Source of the DNA: Octopus sinensis
Taxonomy: Eukaryota
Length of the DNA stretch: 64,000 nt
NCBI RefSeq assembly: GCF_006345805.1
Contig: NC_043012.1
Span: forward strand, 31,434,001 to 31,498,000
Reading direction: 5' to 3'
A model generated the notes under the pieces. It saw nothing but the letters and a program-made list of their open reading frames with translations. It ran no database searches and was not told the DNA's origin. Positions within the stretch are counted from its first letter, which is position 1; each line of letters opens with the position of its first letter. Below are positions 24,830 to 38,195 of the stretch, piece after piece. The position numbers were made by a program, and so were the translations under genes.

Positions 24830-25290
24830 TGTTATTAGATTGCGGCCACGCTGGTGCACTGTCTCGAAGAATTTTTAGGTGAAAGAATCGATCTTCAAGA
24901 CTCATCTAGTTACTTATTTCTTTTTCTTTTTTTTTTAAAGCTTAGTAATTATTCTATCAGCCTCTTTTGCCGAATCGCTAAGTTGCGAAGACGTAAACAC
25001 ACAAACACCGGTCGTCAAGTGGTGACAGAGGACAAAAAACGGACACAATGACACACACACAAACACACACACACATACAAACACTCACACATACACAAAG
25101 AGGTACGCACACACGCACACACATATATCTATACGACAAGCTTATTTTAGTTTCCATCTATCAAGTCCATTCAGGAAGTATTGGTCGCCCTGAGGATATA
25201 GAAGAGGGCACTTGCCCAGGTACCACGCATAAGATTGAACCCGGAACCATGTGGCTGGAGAACAAACTTCTTCACACACAGTTACGCTTA
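24830..25290 (-). mobile_element. SINE family A, diverged
   Basis: Reverse-complement similarity; preceded by (TATC)n at 24700-24800. Confidence 0.8.
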
Positions 25291-25544
25291 CACCAATAAA
25301 GAACGGAAGGCAATATTGGCCTTGGCAGAATTTGAATGCAAAGTTGAAGAGCGAAAAGCTCTGAGCATTATATAGACGTCTTATAAATACATGCACACAT
25401 ACATACATACATACATACATACATGTATATATACATATATATGAATACACACACACATACATACATAAATACATACATACATACATACATACATACATAC
25501 ATACATACATACATACATAATACATACATACATACATACATACA

Positions 25545-25578
<34 letters not shown>

Positions 25579-25668
25579 GGGAGAATCTACGAAAAAAACA
25601 AAAGACGAAGACAGGTGGTGTACAAAAAAAAAACAGATGTATTAGTGTAACGCTCAGGAATAGAAAAA

Positions 25669-25710
25669 GTCTTTTACGTTTCGAGCCTACGCTCTTCTAC
25701 AGAAAGGGAC
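25669..25710 (-). ncRNA. Minimal HHR-like fold, CUGUAGA core variant
   Basis: Minus: CTTT CTGTAGA A GAGC-GTAG-GCTC GAA ACGT A AAAG; within element 25578-25800. Confidence 0.62.
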
Positions 25711-25873
25711 ACAGAGAAAAAAAAAACAAGGAAAGAAACAGGGAGAGAAAAAAAGGAGAGAAAAAAGGAGAGAAAAAAAGGAGAGAAAAACAAGGAGAGA
25801 ATATATATATATATATATGTACGAGCAAAACGCCCCCACCCCCGTCCAATGGACGGTGCTGAATCATATCTGC

Positions 25874-26375
25874 TGAATAAAAAGCAATCAGTTTTTCTTT
25901 TCATTAAAAACTAATTAAGCCTGCCTTTATTTCAATAAAATTTTTGGTTTTCTTAAACAAAGCTAAGGCAAAAAAAACTTCTTGGGAAATCAAATAGTCT
26001 TTCTTTCCTTCATGCCAAGTTTGAAGAAAATATCTCTTTTGCATCTTACTTTTTTGGTCTCATAAATATACTGCATTTTGTGGCATTATTTCAAGCCAGC
26101 ACGCTTTTTAGCGCAAACTGCACGTGAATTTTTCTCGCGTACGCGTAGTAGCGATCGCAACAGCTGATGAACTTGCGCGTACAAATGCACGTTCCCACGG
26201 CTTTATCGATCGCATTCTCACCTGGAATCGATTTTTGTAATTTTTTCAAGACTTATACACGCCCTGTTACCGTCGGTATCTACATATCAAATTTGAGCGC
26301 AATCGAGTGGAGGATGCCCGAGATCCTAGAAGACAGATAGACAGACAGACAGAATGGATTTTATATAATATATGT
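25874..26375 (+). mobile_element. Non-autonomous Helitron/Helentron (HINE)-like element, copy 1
   Basis: Homologous to 39170-39690; ends CAAATTTGAGCGCAATCG...(GACA)n...GGATTTTATATA, resembling HINE/DINE-1-type ends (class is inferred). Confidence 0.5.
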
Positions 26376-26495
26376 ATATATATATATATATTCGATTCCC
26401 GAGCGTTTTATACTAATACATATTTATGTTTTCTACACCACCTGTCTTCGCCTTTTGTTTTTTGTGAATTCTCCTTATATATATGTATATGTATA

Positions 26496-26527
<32 letters not shown>

Positions 26528-26534
26528 ATTATAT

Positions 26535-26568
<34 letters not shown>

Positions 26569-26751
26569 GTAAAAGAGTAAAAGAGTAAAAGAGTATAATA
26601 TATATATATATATATATAATATATATATATATATATAACTTATAAATAAGGGCAAACGAAAATTGGACATATTGTCCATTATCATATAATTTATCATAAT
26701 ACGCAGGCTACTCGAGAAGAAGCCGACAGAAATTTCTTAAAAATTCCATCA

Positions 26752-26820
26752 TTACCATATCGGACCAATTTCAGGGTTAGTTCGTAAGAACCTTTCCTTC
26801 GTCAGTGATAAATGTGGTAA
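26752..26820 (-). ncRNA. Type I HHR fold in a (TA)n-bounded 240-bp element (26640-26880)
   Basis: Minus: TTACCA..TATCA CTGACGA AGG-AAA-GGTTC-TTAC-GAACT-AAC-CCT GAA ATTGGT C CGATA-TGGTAA; predicted GUC cleavage at 26763. Confidence 0.7.
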
Positions 26821-26876
26821 AGAAATAAATGAGATACTGAAAAAAAATAATTATTCCCCAAAATTTTATCCTACAT

Positions 26877-26913
<37 letters not shown>

Positions 26914-26918
26914 GCGCA

Positions 26919-27043
<125 letters not shown>

Positions 27044-28341
27044 GTATAAGTAAGATTAACGAACAAGTTCCAAATGTCACAAGATTTACCTACCATCATC
27101 AATATGAATAAAAAATTAGCTCAGTATCTATATTCTAACCGTGGAATGTTTTTATGAATTTATACAAAAAATGTACAGACATTGTTATCCTCTCATGCTT
27201 GCAAAATTTTATATTACGCCATTTATAATATCTCTTTATATTGAGCATGCGATACAAAAGAATCTGGGAACCCTGTTCTTGGTCATGTAACAGTGTTAGT
27301 ATTCATAAATGAAAATGTAAAAATTGAAGGCATTGTGCATAAATACAATTTACAGCTTTAAAAAGGAAGCACATTGTATATTGAGAAGCAAATATTAGCC
27401 TAGTAGGAATACTGGTGGAGCCTCTACGTATTTATTTGACTTGATAAAAATAACAAACTTCCGTCAAATAACATCACCCACCATCTGATTAAAAATCCAT
27501 AAAATGAAGGAATTACCACGGACGGAGTGTCTTTGATTAGGGTTCTACTCGACCAAGACATGTCTGGAATTAAAAAAAAATTACATAAGCTGTAATATGG
27601 AGTAGTTTTCTGAGAATTTTATATGATATCGAATATGACAGCGCTTACCATATGTGGCCCTGAAAGTCGTCAAGTCATATTATACTGGGACTTCCGTGGA
27701 CTCACTCATGGAAAAGAATCGACGAGACAGTGCATTCATATTTTCATTTAGATCGTGAATAAGCGAGCATGTTCTTTGTCAGTTCATATGTTTTGTGAGA
27801 AGATCATTGAAATAGATGAAGTGAGTCCAACTACCAACATATAAGGACCGAAAAATGGTGGGGAAAGAGAACATATATATAAAGGGAATATATATACTGT
27901 TGGAAAGTAGAAAAAGTAGAGAATAATGATTACAACGTTCACACAATAACACATTACGCTGTTTGTAGCTGATGCAATGACTTCATCAAATGAAAATAGT
28001 TAATACTAACGAGACAAAGATTTAACTCCTACATGATTGCTCGACTTGCTAGAAATAGTAGCTAATATCGCTCAAATCTACAGTCTTTAAAATAGAAGGT
28101 CACATTTGATAACGTAATCCTAGACACATAAAAAGACAGAATAGTCATGTCTGGAAAGCTTATGATGAGAGATGTGCTCTATCGGAGCAGGCCTAGGGCT
28201 AAACAACATTCCAACACGCAGGTCACTCTTCAGATCTCGTTTTTGTTTTCACACCTGAATTCAGATGCACCAGACAAGTTTGCACTTCATCAAATTTTTG
28301 TATAAAATGAGATATAGAGATTTAGTTCTCATATACATGTG

Positions 28342-28382
<41 letters not shown>

Positions 28383-28899
28383 TAATAATAATGAAGAGGA
28401 ACAGAAATGTTCCTCAAATTTGCATCAGTCATTCGAAACCTCATTAGTGTTTTCACTCCTGGACGTAGTTTCGAAATGACAGACATAAATCTGAATATAC
28501 TTTTTTTAGTTAAAATATGTTCCCTGGGTGATGAAATTAATCTGTCTATAGCATTTTTAAGTGAGAGAAACTTATCAAACTTTATTTTTAAAAATGAACA
28601 AGATGTCAAGTTAATTTTATAGTGCTAGGTATTATCTTGATTATTTTGCTCATTTACTGCAAAATGGGTATATAAATGCAAGTATTTTCTTTGGTAAAAT
28701 CACGAAAATAAATTTCAAGTTATTCTTGCATTGATCTGATTTTCTTCAACATATTTTGCAAAATGGTTATTACATTCAGTACATTGGCTTTGGTCTTTTA
28801 GAGGTAGAAACTATTTCAAATTCTCATTTTTAACCGAGATGAACAGTTTTAATTCCATCTTGAATACTTTGATATCATTTACCATTTCTCATTTCCCAG

Positions 28900-29260
28900 C
28901 TTCAAATTTATATCATTTTGATAACATTAACTGAAAAGATAAATCAAATAGCCAGTTGTTATCACATAGGAGAGGACTTTCTTTGGGCAATTCATGTTTC
29001 TCTTTCTGAAAATTATCCTCATTATTTTCCAATTTCCAAAACCTATTCGAACCGACCTTCTAGAAAACCAGCACCAGCGCATCTCATAATGGAGAACAAG
29101 ATGACCATATACCAAATCTAACAATTCGCCATATTCCCGTCTGGTTAATGGTCTTGCTTAGTTTTATTCGCATATTTTACAACCATTAATATAACATGCC
29201 GCAAGTAGTTGTTTTCCACACGTCTCTTCGTGTACAATACAGTAATACTTTAGAAGAGAA
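28900..29260 (-). pseudogene. Degraded RTE-like C-terminal fragment
   Basis: Remnants resembling WYGHLVR...RF..VLE on the minus strand. Confidence 0.4.
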
Positions 29261-29423
29261 CGATCTGAAATGTTTTCAGCTAAGGTTGTAGTTCCTAATG
29301 GTATCATCAGCAGTACTATAACTTCAGCTCTGCTAGTACAAATCTAAATACCTTTACTGACGATATTTTGCTGAATTACCCTAGCATCTGAATATTTTAT
29401 CAAATATATTTATGTCTTGTGAA

Positions 29424-29647
29424 GGCGGCGAGCTGGCAGAAATGTTAGCACGCCGGGCGAAATTCGTAGCTGTATTTCGTCTGCCGTTACGTTCTGAGTT
29501 CAAATTCCACCGAGGTCGACTTTCATCCTTTCGAGGTCGATAAATTAAGTACCAGTTACGCACTGGGGTCGATATAATCGACTTAATCCGTCTGTCTGTC
29601 CTTGTTTGTCTCCTCTATGTTTAGCCCCTTGTGGGTAATAAAGAAAC
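29424..29647 (+). mobile_element. SINE family B with 12-bp TSD
   Basis: TSD ATATTTATGTCT at 29406-29417 and 29648-29659. Confidence 0.92.
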
Positions 29648-32574
29648 ATATTTATGTCTCGTTCTTCCGTGAAATGATTCATGGTGTGTGTAGCATTTCG
29701 GCATTCTCTCTTCTACTATCTCTCACATTTCTTCATACTCTTCGAAAACAAACTGTGAAGGGACACACACCATGGTTTCAGGTTCAATCCATTCAATTCC
29801 AGCAACATTCCCGTTTTGTTTCGTTGGTGGGTTGATTTTATTCTTATCACCTTTCCGTTATTATTTACCATTTCTACCATTACTAGCACAGTCGCTTGGT
29901 CCATGTGTCAATCACTTATCTTTTGTTACATTTTTTTCCGTTGCAAAGAGGGAATATAATAAATCTTTGCGATGTGCACATAATTATGAATACTGTTCTG
30001 TCATCCACCTCACTTTTGCACGTGGTAACAACTGTCCCAAGCTGTTTTCTCGTCACGTATCGTACTACAGCGCACCTCTTGCGAATATAATGAAATTTAC
30101 GTGGCTCTTGGTTACTGCAACTTCCTTTCTTCTACTGAAGATGAGTAGATAAGTCTTTTTTGCTTTCATTTTGTTTACTTCTTTTCATTGGAAGTTTCAT
30201 AAAATCAGGTCAAGTTTTATCACGTTTGTCCTCTTTTACATATAAATCTTTTCCCTCAAGACAGTGAGTTTTTCACTGGCTTCTGGCTAAACCAAACATA
30301 TTTTTTGTTTTTATTGTTATTGTTGTTTTCACATTGTTTTCACTGTTGTTGTTGTTGTTGTTACCACCATCATTCTTTTGGTGTCGTCATATTTATTGTT
30401 GTTGGTCTTCGCATTGCTGCTATTGTACTGGTTGTTGTTGTTGTTTATTTGTCTATCAATCATGTATGAACACATGACTATAATAGGATGATACTATCAA
30501 AAGTAAACCAAATCACATTTATCATTCTGATATTTCACCCTCTTCCTTCTTTCAACACTATCTTTCACATTTTCTTTCACAATGACCCACATTTTTTATT
30601 CTTTATGAAAATTTTCTAAATAAAAAAATTCAAACAAACAATTTACCCGTGAGGTACTTTAGGCAAATGGTAGAAACTTCAACAAAAAGAAGTGGCTTAG
30701 CTCCTCTGTACTCCTGACAAAAGATTTTGTTAAAAAAACCCCCTAATTTCTAGAGAGTTGTGAAGAAGTTTTAGAGCCGCCATCGAATTTGCTCTCCTCG
30801 TCAATGGTAATGTCCAATGATAACGGTGTTGGTATTGATAATAATAATAACAATAAAACAACAACAATAATGATAATAATGTACAACGCGAATACAAAAA
30901 CGTTATGACAATGTGGCAAGAATGACCAATTGGGAGCTCTGGGGAAATTACGACCTACAATGTCACTTGCAAGCTGACAAATCAATAAAAAAAAACATCA
31001 GTTACCCCAGTCTGTTTTGCGCTTCGGAATGTCAAAGCCAATAATGTATCAGTCGCTCATTCTCAAGCGAGGTAGGAACGGACTTTCTTGACACAAACAA
31101 CATTATAGTTTGAGAAGAAAACTCAAACAGAAAGAACTATCCATATCAACAGAGAACAAAGAGAAATCCGTTCGACTTAATTCTTAGGGAGTTAAGTTTG
31201 TTTTTAATACAAGCTGTCGAACTTTGGGAAGTGCCTGCTACCATATCCTTAAAGTGACCAAAGCATTGTGTTTAAAATTTGGTGGACAGTGACTTTATGG
31301 AATCTTGTTGGTAAAACTCACTTCCTAAATATTTCCCTATTCACCGTATTTCACCCTATTGAAGTTATTTTTTGTTAAAAAAACTATCGTAAATAATCCC
31401 ATTTATTATTATCATCATTATTATCATTATGGAAAGAACTAACAACTCAATCAATAAAATGTATAACAGAATGTTCATCTTAAAATATAAATAAGCTAAA
31501 AGATCACAGACATGCCAAATACAACATGGTATTAACAAAGATTTCTAAAGTAATGTCTGCTTTCAAGGGTAAACAAATTGATTTAAGCAGATACTGTCAA
31601 AAGAACAACCTCCAAATCCATAATAAAGACGCCTCGAAAGAAAATTATTGAAAGTAAGATAGAAAGTATTATGAAAGCGTTCGTTAATACTGAAGGAAAG
31701 AGAAAACACCTCCTCAAATATCAGAACAACGAAAGAAATGAAAAATATTTCAGAAATATATGAAAGCAGAGGAGGAAATCATGTAAAGGAGGTAATTCAA
31801 AACAAAATATTTAACAGATTTGATTGATGTATTTAGTGATTTATAAAAGTAGAACATGTCTTCCATCATAAAGAAATATTTGAAGAGTAACACCATTTGT
31901 AATTAATTCAGTCAGATGTAAAAAAAAAACTTAATCCAGTGTAAGAGTAGCATTACAGAAAGAAAGGTTTAGGCAAACTGTTTAGTTGTAAGGTTTGTAC
32001 CTTACAACATAATATGAATGACAAGAGATGTGTATAACTTACGTTTATGTTGTGAAGAAGCGTTGCTTCTGCGCTCCGAGGAACAGGTGCCGCTTCAACA
32101 CCTGAAGTAGTGACAATGTAATTAAGTTGTCAATTAGAGAGACAGAAATATTTTAATACTGACACAACGTGTGATAGCTGTATGATATTAGCGATCCTAT
32201 ATATTGAATGGTACTTATTTCGTCGTTGTAGTAAGATATGAAATATGAAATTCACATTAGTGTAAAGGGATATAGTTAAGTGGTCATTTGATACAAAACA
32301 TTTCTTCTGTTCGAATGTACAGTTTCTCAACGCTGAGAGGACGGATGTTTTTAAGAAATTCACAAAATCATTAATTTTAGCTACAAGCAAGTATAAGCGG
32401 AATTTTCCAATTCTTCAATATGTACTTAGACATATATTTACAACCGCTGAAAACTTCAGGTTTAGAGTTCAGTACCGAGTTAGGGATGTGTGGTTTGCCC
32501 TTGATTAATATGTTTGAAGTATTTCTCAACCTATGACACAATTAGTAACATTAAAAATTGTGTTGTGTCTATTA

Positions 32575-32616
32575 AATAATATATATATATATACATATAT
32601 ATGTATATATACATAC

Positions 32617-32649
<33 letters not shown>

Positions 32650-32679
32650 CATATATATGTATATGTATATATATGTATG

Positions 32680-32774
<95 letters not shown>

Positions 32775-32905
32775 GTATATATACATACATATATATACAT
32801 ATATATGTATATATATATACATACATATATATACATATATATGTATATATATATATATGTATGTATATATATATATACATATATATATACATACATATAT
32901 ATTTA
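32575..32905. repeat. (TA)n/(ATATAC)n microsatellite
   Basis: Direct reading. Confidence 0.97.
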
Positions 32906-33188
32906 TGAATGTATGTATGTGTGTGTAAGTGAAAGTGTATCTGTCTGTGTGTGTATGTACGTACATACAAAATATATAAGGAGTTTTCGTCAACTGCCAT
33001 AAAGTAATACGTATGTACGATGCGTGCTCAGGCTTATCAATAAAACTTCGGTTTCAGCTGAAACTGAAGGTGTGGTGTTGAGACTGCCAAGTACAGGCGG
33101 CTAGAAGCTGTCTTTTCTCGAGCTGGTGGGTACAAATTAAAGTAAAAATGATGATGATAATAATAAGAACAACAACAACAACAACAAC

Positions 33189-33243
<55 letters not shown>

Positions 33244-33434
33244 GTAATTACAATAGCCATAATTATGATATTACTATTAATCCTAGTGGCAGAAATGATA
33301 ATAACAATCATAAAACTAACATTACCGAGAATACTATTGACAGGGGCGCCATTACAATCGCTAATAACTGTAGTAATGATAATGATAGTATCAGCAATAA
33401 CAACACTGGTGATAACGCTAATAATATTAGCATT

Positions 33435-33660
33435 GGTGCACTTGGAAGTATCAGCACTCAACTACCAACATGGCTGAAAAAGATCGGTGCAAGTGTGAAG
33501 GTAGAACATCAACAAAAATCAGCATTGCTTGGAACTGCAAGAACTCTTCACAAGGTTTTTGAAGCATGACCAGTAAACAAGTATCCCCTTGGTCTGCTGG
33601 CTGTGGACAGCTGATACTTTCCATCATACCCAGCACAATAAGCTGTTAGGTTTTTCTATG
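33435..33660 (+). mobile_element. Dong/R4-clade 3' end, family 1
   Basis: GALGSISTQLPTWLKKIG...QKSALLGTARTLHKVFEA, stop, 3' UTR, then (TAA)n. Confidence 0.85.
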
Positions 33661-33719
<59 letters not shown>

Positions 33720-33740
33720 AGTAATAATAATAATAACAAA

Positions 33741-33805
<65 letters not shown>

Positions 33806-33842
33806 TAATAATAATAATAATAACAATAATAACAAACACATA

Positions 33843-34008
33843 TAACATACAGAAAATTGCACTACTAGGCACTGCACACATCCTACGCAGAACACTTTCC
33901 ATACAATAACCATCAGAGCATCACAACAAATCACAGCACATACCCAAGGCACACAGAGCTGCGCTCGGTAGTGAAGTGAAAACACGCTATAAAAATAAAA
34001 CTACTGAA
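33843..34008 (+). mobile_element. Dong/R4-clade 3' end, family 2
   Basis: NIQKIALLGTAHILRRTLSIQ, stop, distinct 3' UTR, then (TAA)n. Confidence 0.85.
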
Positions 34009-34031
34009 TAATAATAATAATAATAATAATG

Positions 34032-34080
<49 letters not shown>

Positions 34081-34144
34081 TAATAATAATAATAATAATA
34101 ATAACAATAATAACAATAATAATAATAATAACAATAATAATAAC

Positions 34145-34204
<60 letters not shown>

Positions 34205-34205
<1 letters not shown>

Positions 34206-37160
34206 TATGCCCCCGAAAAAACAAAGAAAACAAAACCTGGGAAGAAATCAAACCTGGAGAAGTAAAATTGAAAAAGAGATTGAATTTATGAGAGGGGAAA
34301 TATCAATATTAAATGAACTAATATGTGGAAATGATGTAAGATCCAGAACAGGAAGAAAGATGAAGAGAAAATTTGGATCCTCACCAAGAGAAGAACTGAT
34401 ATCAATAAAAGAAACGCTGAAACAAAAAGTCCAAGCAAAAGCCCAAAGAATACGAAGATTTGAGAAGAGAAACAAGTTTTACAAGCAAAATAAGCTGTTC
34501 ACATCCAATGCCAAAAAATTCTACAGAGAAATAGGGAAGGAGAAAGTAACCGTTAAAGACCCCCCTCCCATGGAAGAAGTTCAAAACTTTTGCAAAAGGA
34601 TTTGGAGTGACAAGAAGACGTACAACGTAAATGCAGACTGGATTATACAAACTGAAGGGTCCTACCAACATTTACAACAACAAGCATGGGAAGACATCAC
34701 AATAGCAGACCTAAGAAAGGCGCTCACGAAGGCCCATAATTGGAAATCCCCCGGTAAAGATAGGGTGCCGAATTTCTGGCTCGCATCGCTCCCATGCGCA
34801 CACGGTAAGCTAGTTCAGCTGCTCAATGGAATTATGAGAGACCCAAAGAAAACACCTGAATGGTTAGCAAGTGGCATTACTTACCTACTCCCAAAGAATA
34901 ACGAAACCAACCTTCCAAAAACTATCGGCCTATAACCTGTCTATCCACCACGTATAAAATCCTAACATCTATCCTGGCGGAGAAAACATATGCATTCATG
35001 GAGAAGAACGATATTTTCTCCATTGAACAAAAAGGATGCCGCCGTGGCTCTTACGGATGCAAAGATCAACTGCTAATCAATCGTATGATCCTTGAGAACT
35101 GTCACAACAAGCGCAGAAATCTCAGCACCGCATGGATTGACTATAAAAAGGCCTTCGACAGTATACCGCATCCATGGATCTTGAGATCGCTGGACATCTT
35201 CAAAATTTCCCCTGTGATTTCAAACTTCCTGAAGCACAATATGTCGTTGTGGAATACGAATCTCCAATTATACCACTCTAATGGAGTACTTGCCTCAGAA
35301 AATATAAGCATCAACTGTGGAATTTTTCAAGGTGACTCACTTTCACCTTTAATATTCTGCATAGCCCTAATACCCCTTACAAGTGAATTAAACAGAACAG
35401 GGTATGGGTATAAAATTGCCAATAAAAAAATAAGCCATCTATTTTATATGGATGACTTAAAACTTTATGGTAAAGACAATAATGAACTTGAAGGCCTATT
35501 GCGCACCGTGAAAGCATTCAGCGATGACATCGGGATGGAGTTTGGACTTGAGAAGTGTGCCAAGGCCACTTTCCAGAAAGGGAAAGTGAAGACCACAAAT
35601 TCAGTCATGTTAGATGTTGACACAGTCATAAGAGAGCTTGAGCAAGAACAAACATACAAATATTTAGGGATAAATGAAGGCTCTGGTATTCAGCATGCAA
35701 GCATGAAAGAGAAGATCAGGAAGGAATGTTATAGGAGAGTTCGTGCAGTCCTGAAATCTGAACTAAATGCACGTAACAAGGTGTTAGCTATAAATTCCTT
35801 AGCAGTTCCAGTTGTTACTTATAGCTACAATGTGTTGAACTGGAATATGAGTGAAGTAAAGAATATAGATAGGAAAATACGCAAGCTGCTGAGTTGTAAT
35901 AGGATGCACCACCCAAAGGCAGACGTAGATCGCCTTTACCTTCCCAGAGCCCAAGGAGGTCGAGGCCTGATCCAGTTTGAACTAGCTTACAAAACAACCA
36001 CAATTGGACTGGCCAAATATCTCGAAATATCGAATGAGTGGATGCTAAAGCTCATGGAAAATCACGAGAGACGAAAGAAGCTTCATTCTATCATAAAGGA
36101 AAGCAAAAAATTTGCTATTGATCTCGTGCAGGATACCCAAACTGAACAACCCGAGGGAAGTACGGCAACTATTGTTGCAAAGAAGGTGAAAATGATGGCA
36201 ACGAAAAAAGCGCACGAGCAATTGGCTGATAGGTGGGAGGAGAAACCTCTGCACGGCAAATATGTGACCCGCAGCAAACAAGCTGATGTTGACCAGAAGC
36301 AAACCCATCAGTGGCTACGGAGCTCAGGGCTTAAAGCAGAGAGCGAAGGTTTCATCCTGGCTGCTCAAGATCAAAGCCTATTAACCCGGAACTACCAGGC
36401 CAATGTGATGAAAAATGGAGCAGACCCAAAAATGCCGATTCTGCAACGACATGATTGAAACAGTGGACCACCTAATCTCTAGATGTAAAGTCTTAGCACC
36501 AGTGGAGTATAAATTAAGACATGACAGAGTTGGCCAATATCTACACTGGCTAATAAGTCGGCATTACAATATCAAAACTGCCGACAAGTGGTATAATCAC
36601 CACCCTGAGGCTGTAACTGAAGGAGAAAATGTAACCATTCTGTGGGACTTTCCAGTACATACAGACCGAACCATCAAGGCCAATAAACCAGATATTGTTG
36701 TGAAAGACCAAAACAATAAAGTTTGCTTATTGATCGACATGAGCATCCCCTGTGATCATAATATCTCAGCGAAAGAGTTTGACAAGCTCAGAAAATATAA
36801 AGACCTACTCATTGAAATTGAGAAAATGTGGCATCTCAAGGCGGTCACAATACCAGTGATCGTAGGAGCACTAGGAATGATCAAGAAGGGAACCGAAAAT
36901 TATATGAGAATGATCCCTGGCTTACCATCCCTGCAAGAAGTGCAAAAGATTGTCTTAACTGGTACATCACACGTATTGAGAAGAGCATTGTCGATGTGAG
37001 AACTGTTGCTGCTCATGTATTATAATTAAAAAAAAAAAATGAACGAACTATCGAGTTTGGTTTAATGGCCTACCAATGTATACTATGAGTTTCTTTGCCC
37101 TAGGAGTCGGGAAGACACTCGGCAAGAAATGGAAGCAAATTTGAAAGAAGAAAAAAAAGT
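34205..37160 (+). mobile_element. Dong/R4-clade RLE non-LTR retrotransposon, 5'-truncated, family 3
   Basis: Flanked on both sides by (TAA)n; single RT-RLE ORF; 3' UTR 37000-37160. Confidence 0.95.
34207..36999 (+). pseudogene. Dong/R4 RT plus CCHC plus restriction-like endonuclease ORF, with two 1-bp frameshifts
   Basis: NWKSPGKD, QKGCRRGSYGCKDQLL, WIDYKKAFDSIPH, GIFQGDSLSP, YMDDLKLY, CRFC-x8-H-x4-C, RHD, KPDIVV, LIDMSIP; frameshifts in A-runs at about 34917 and 36428. Confidence 0.95.
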
Positions 37161-37187
37161 AATAATAATAATAATAATAATAATAAT

Positions 37188-37228
<41 letters not shown>

Positions 37229-38195
37229 CTTTTCTGCTATAGGCACAAGGCCTGAAATTTGGGAGACGGGGAGATAATGGATTGCATCAACCCAAGTGTT
37301 TCACTGGCACTTAATTTATCGACTGCGAAAGGATGAAAGGCAAAGTCGACCTCGACGGAATTTGAAACCAGAACGTGAAAACAAACGAAATACCATTAAG
37401 CATTTCATGGTATTACGCCTGTCTTCACGTTCTGGGTTCAAATACCGCCGAGGTCGACTTTGCCTTTCATCAATAATAATGATAATTATTATGTATCGAG
37501 GTCGACTTTGCCTTTCATCAATAATAATGATAATTATTGATGTATCAAGCGGAAAGAGACCCTGTGGGACTTCTGGTGACAGGCTGCTGTCCACTCTCAC
37601 AGAATCAACCAGTGCAAACAAGACCGAGCGCTCTGAGAAGTAAAACAACAACAACAACAACAACTCCAAATACAATGGTAGCGTTTCTGCAACAAACTGC
37701 GCGGTTAGTGCAGCACTTAGTCTTTCCCAACCGTGAAGAATATCGACGCTCTTGGGCACCAACGAACGACATCGAAAAACAATGAATACGCAGAGAGGTA
37801 TTTGGAAAGAAATATCTTAAGGTGCGGTTTCTAATTTTTGCATTCTGCAATTCTGCAAAGTGAAACAAAACAGAAAACAATAGAAAGAGTTGTATTTTCA
37901 AGAAAATTCATTTAAATAACATGCCATCACTTCATAAAAATTAAGAAAATTAAGCCAATATCTGAAATTTTGTCCAATATCTGAACAGCAACCATGATGA
38001 GGCTGTGAGACTTGTTGCAGAAATAGCTTGCTGATTGTTAAAACCACCGAAGAAGATGTCACAGGTCGTACTCAGTTATATGATACTAGTTGCGATGATA
38101 ATGACCTGATATGCACTTATAGGTACTTATCTACGTACGTATACACATACGAAGATACAAATATGTGTACGTACACATACGAATATGTGTACGTA

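Larger units (their letters stand above)
33150..34204. repeat. (TAA)n/(CAA)n array hosting Dong insertions
   Basis: Direct reading. Confidence 0.95.

Noticed and set aside
33046-33069. 24-bp near-perfect palindrome CTTCGGTTTCAGCTGAAACTGAAG
   Set aside because: Single and isolated, with no associated element or ribozyme core; plausible by chance in 64 kb.
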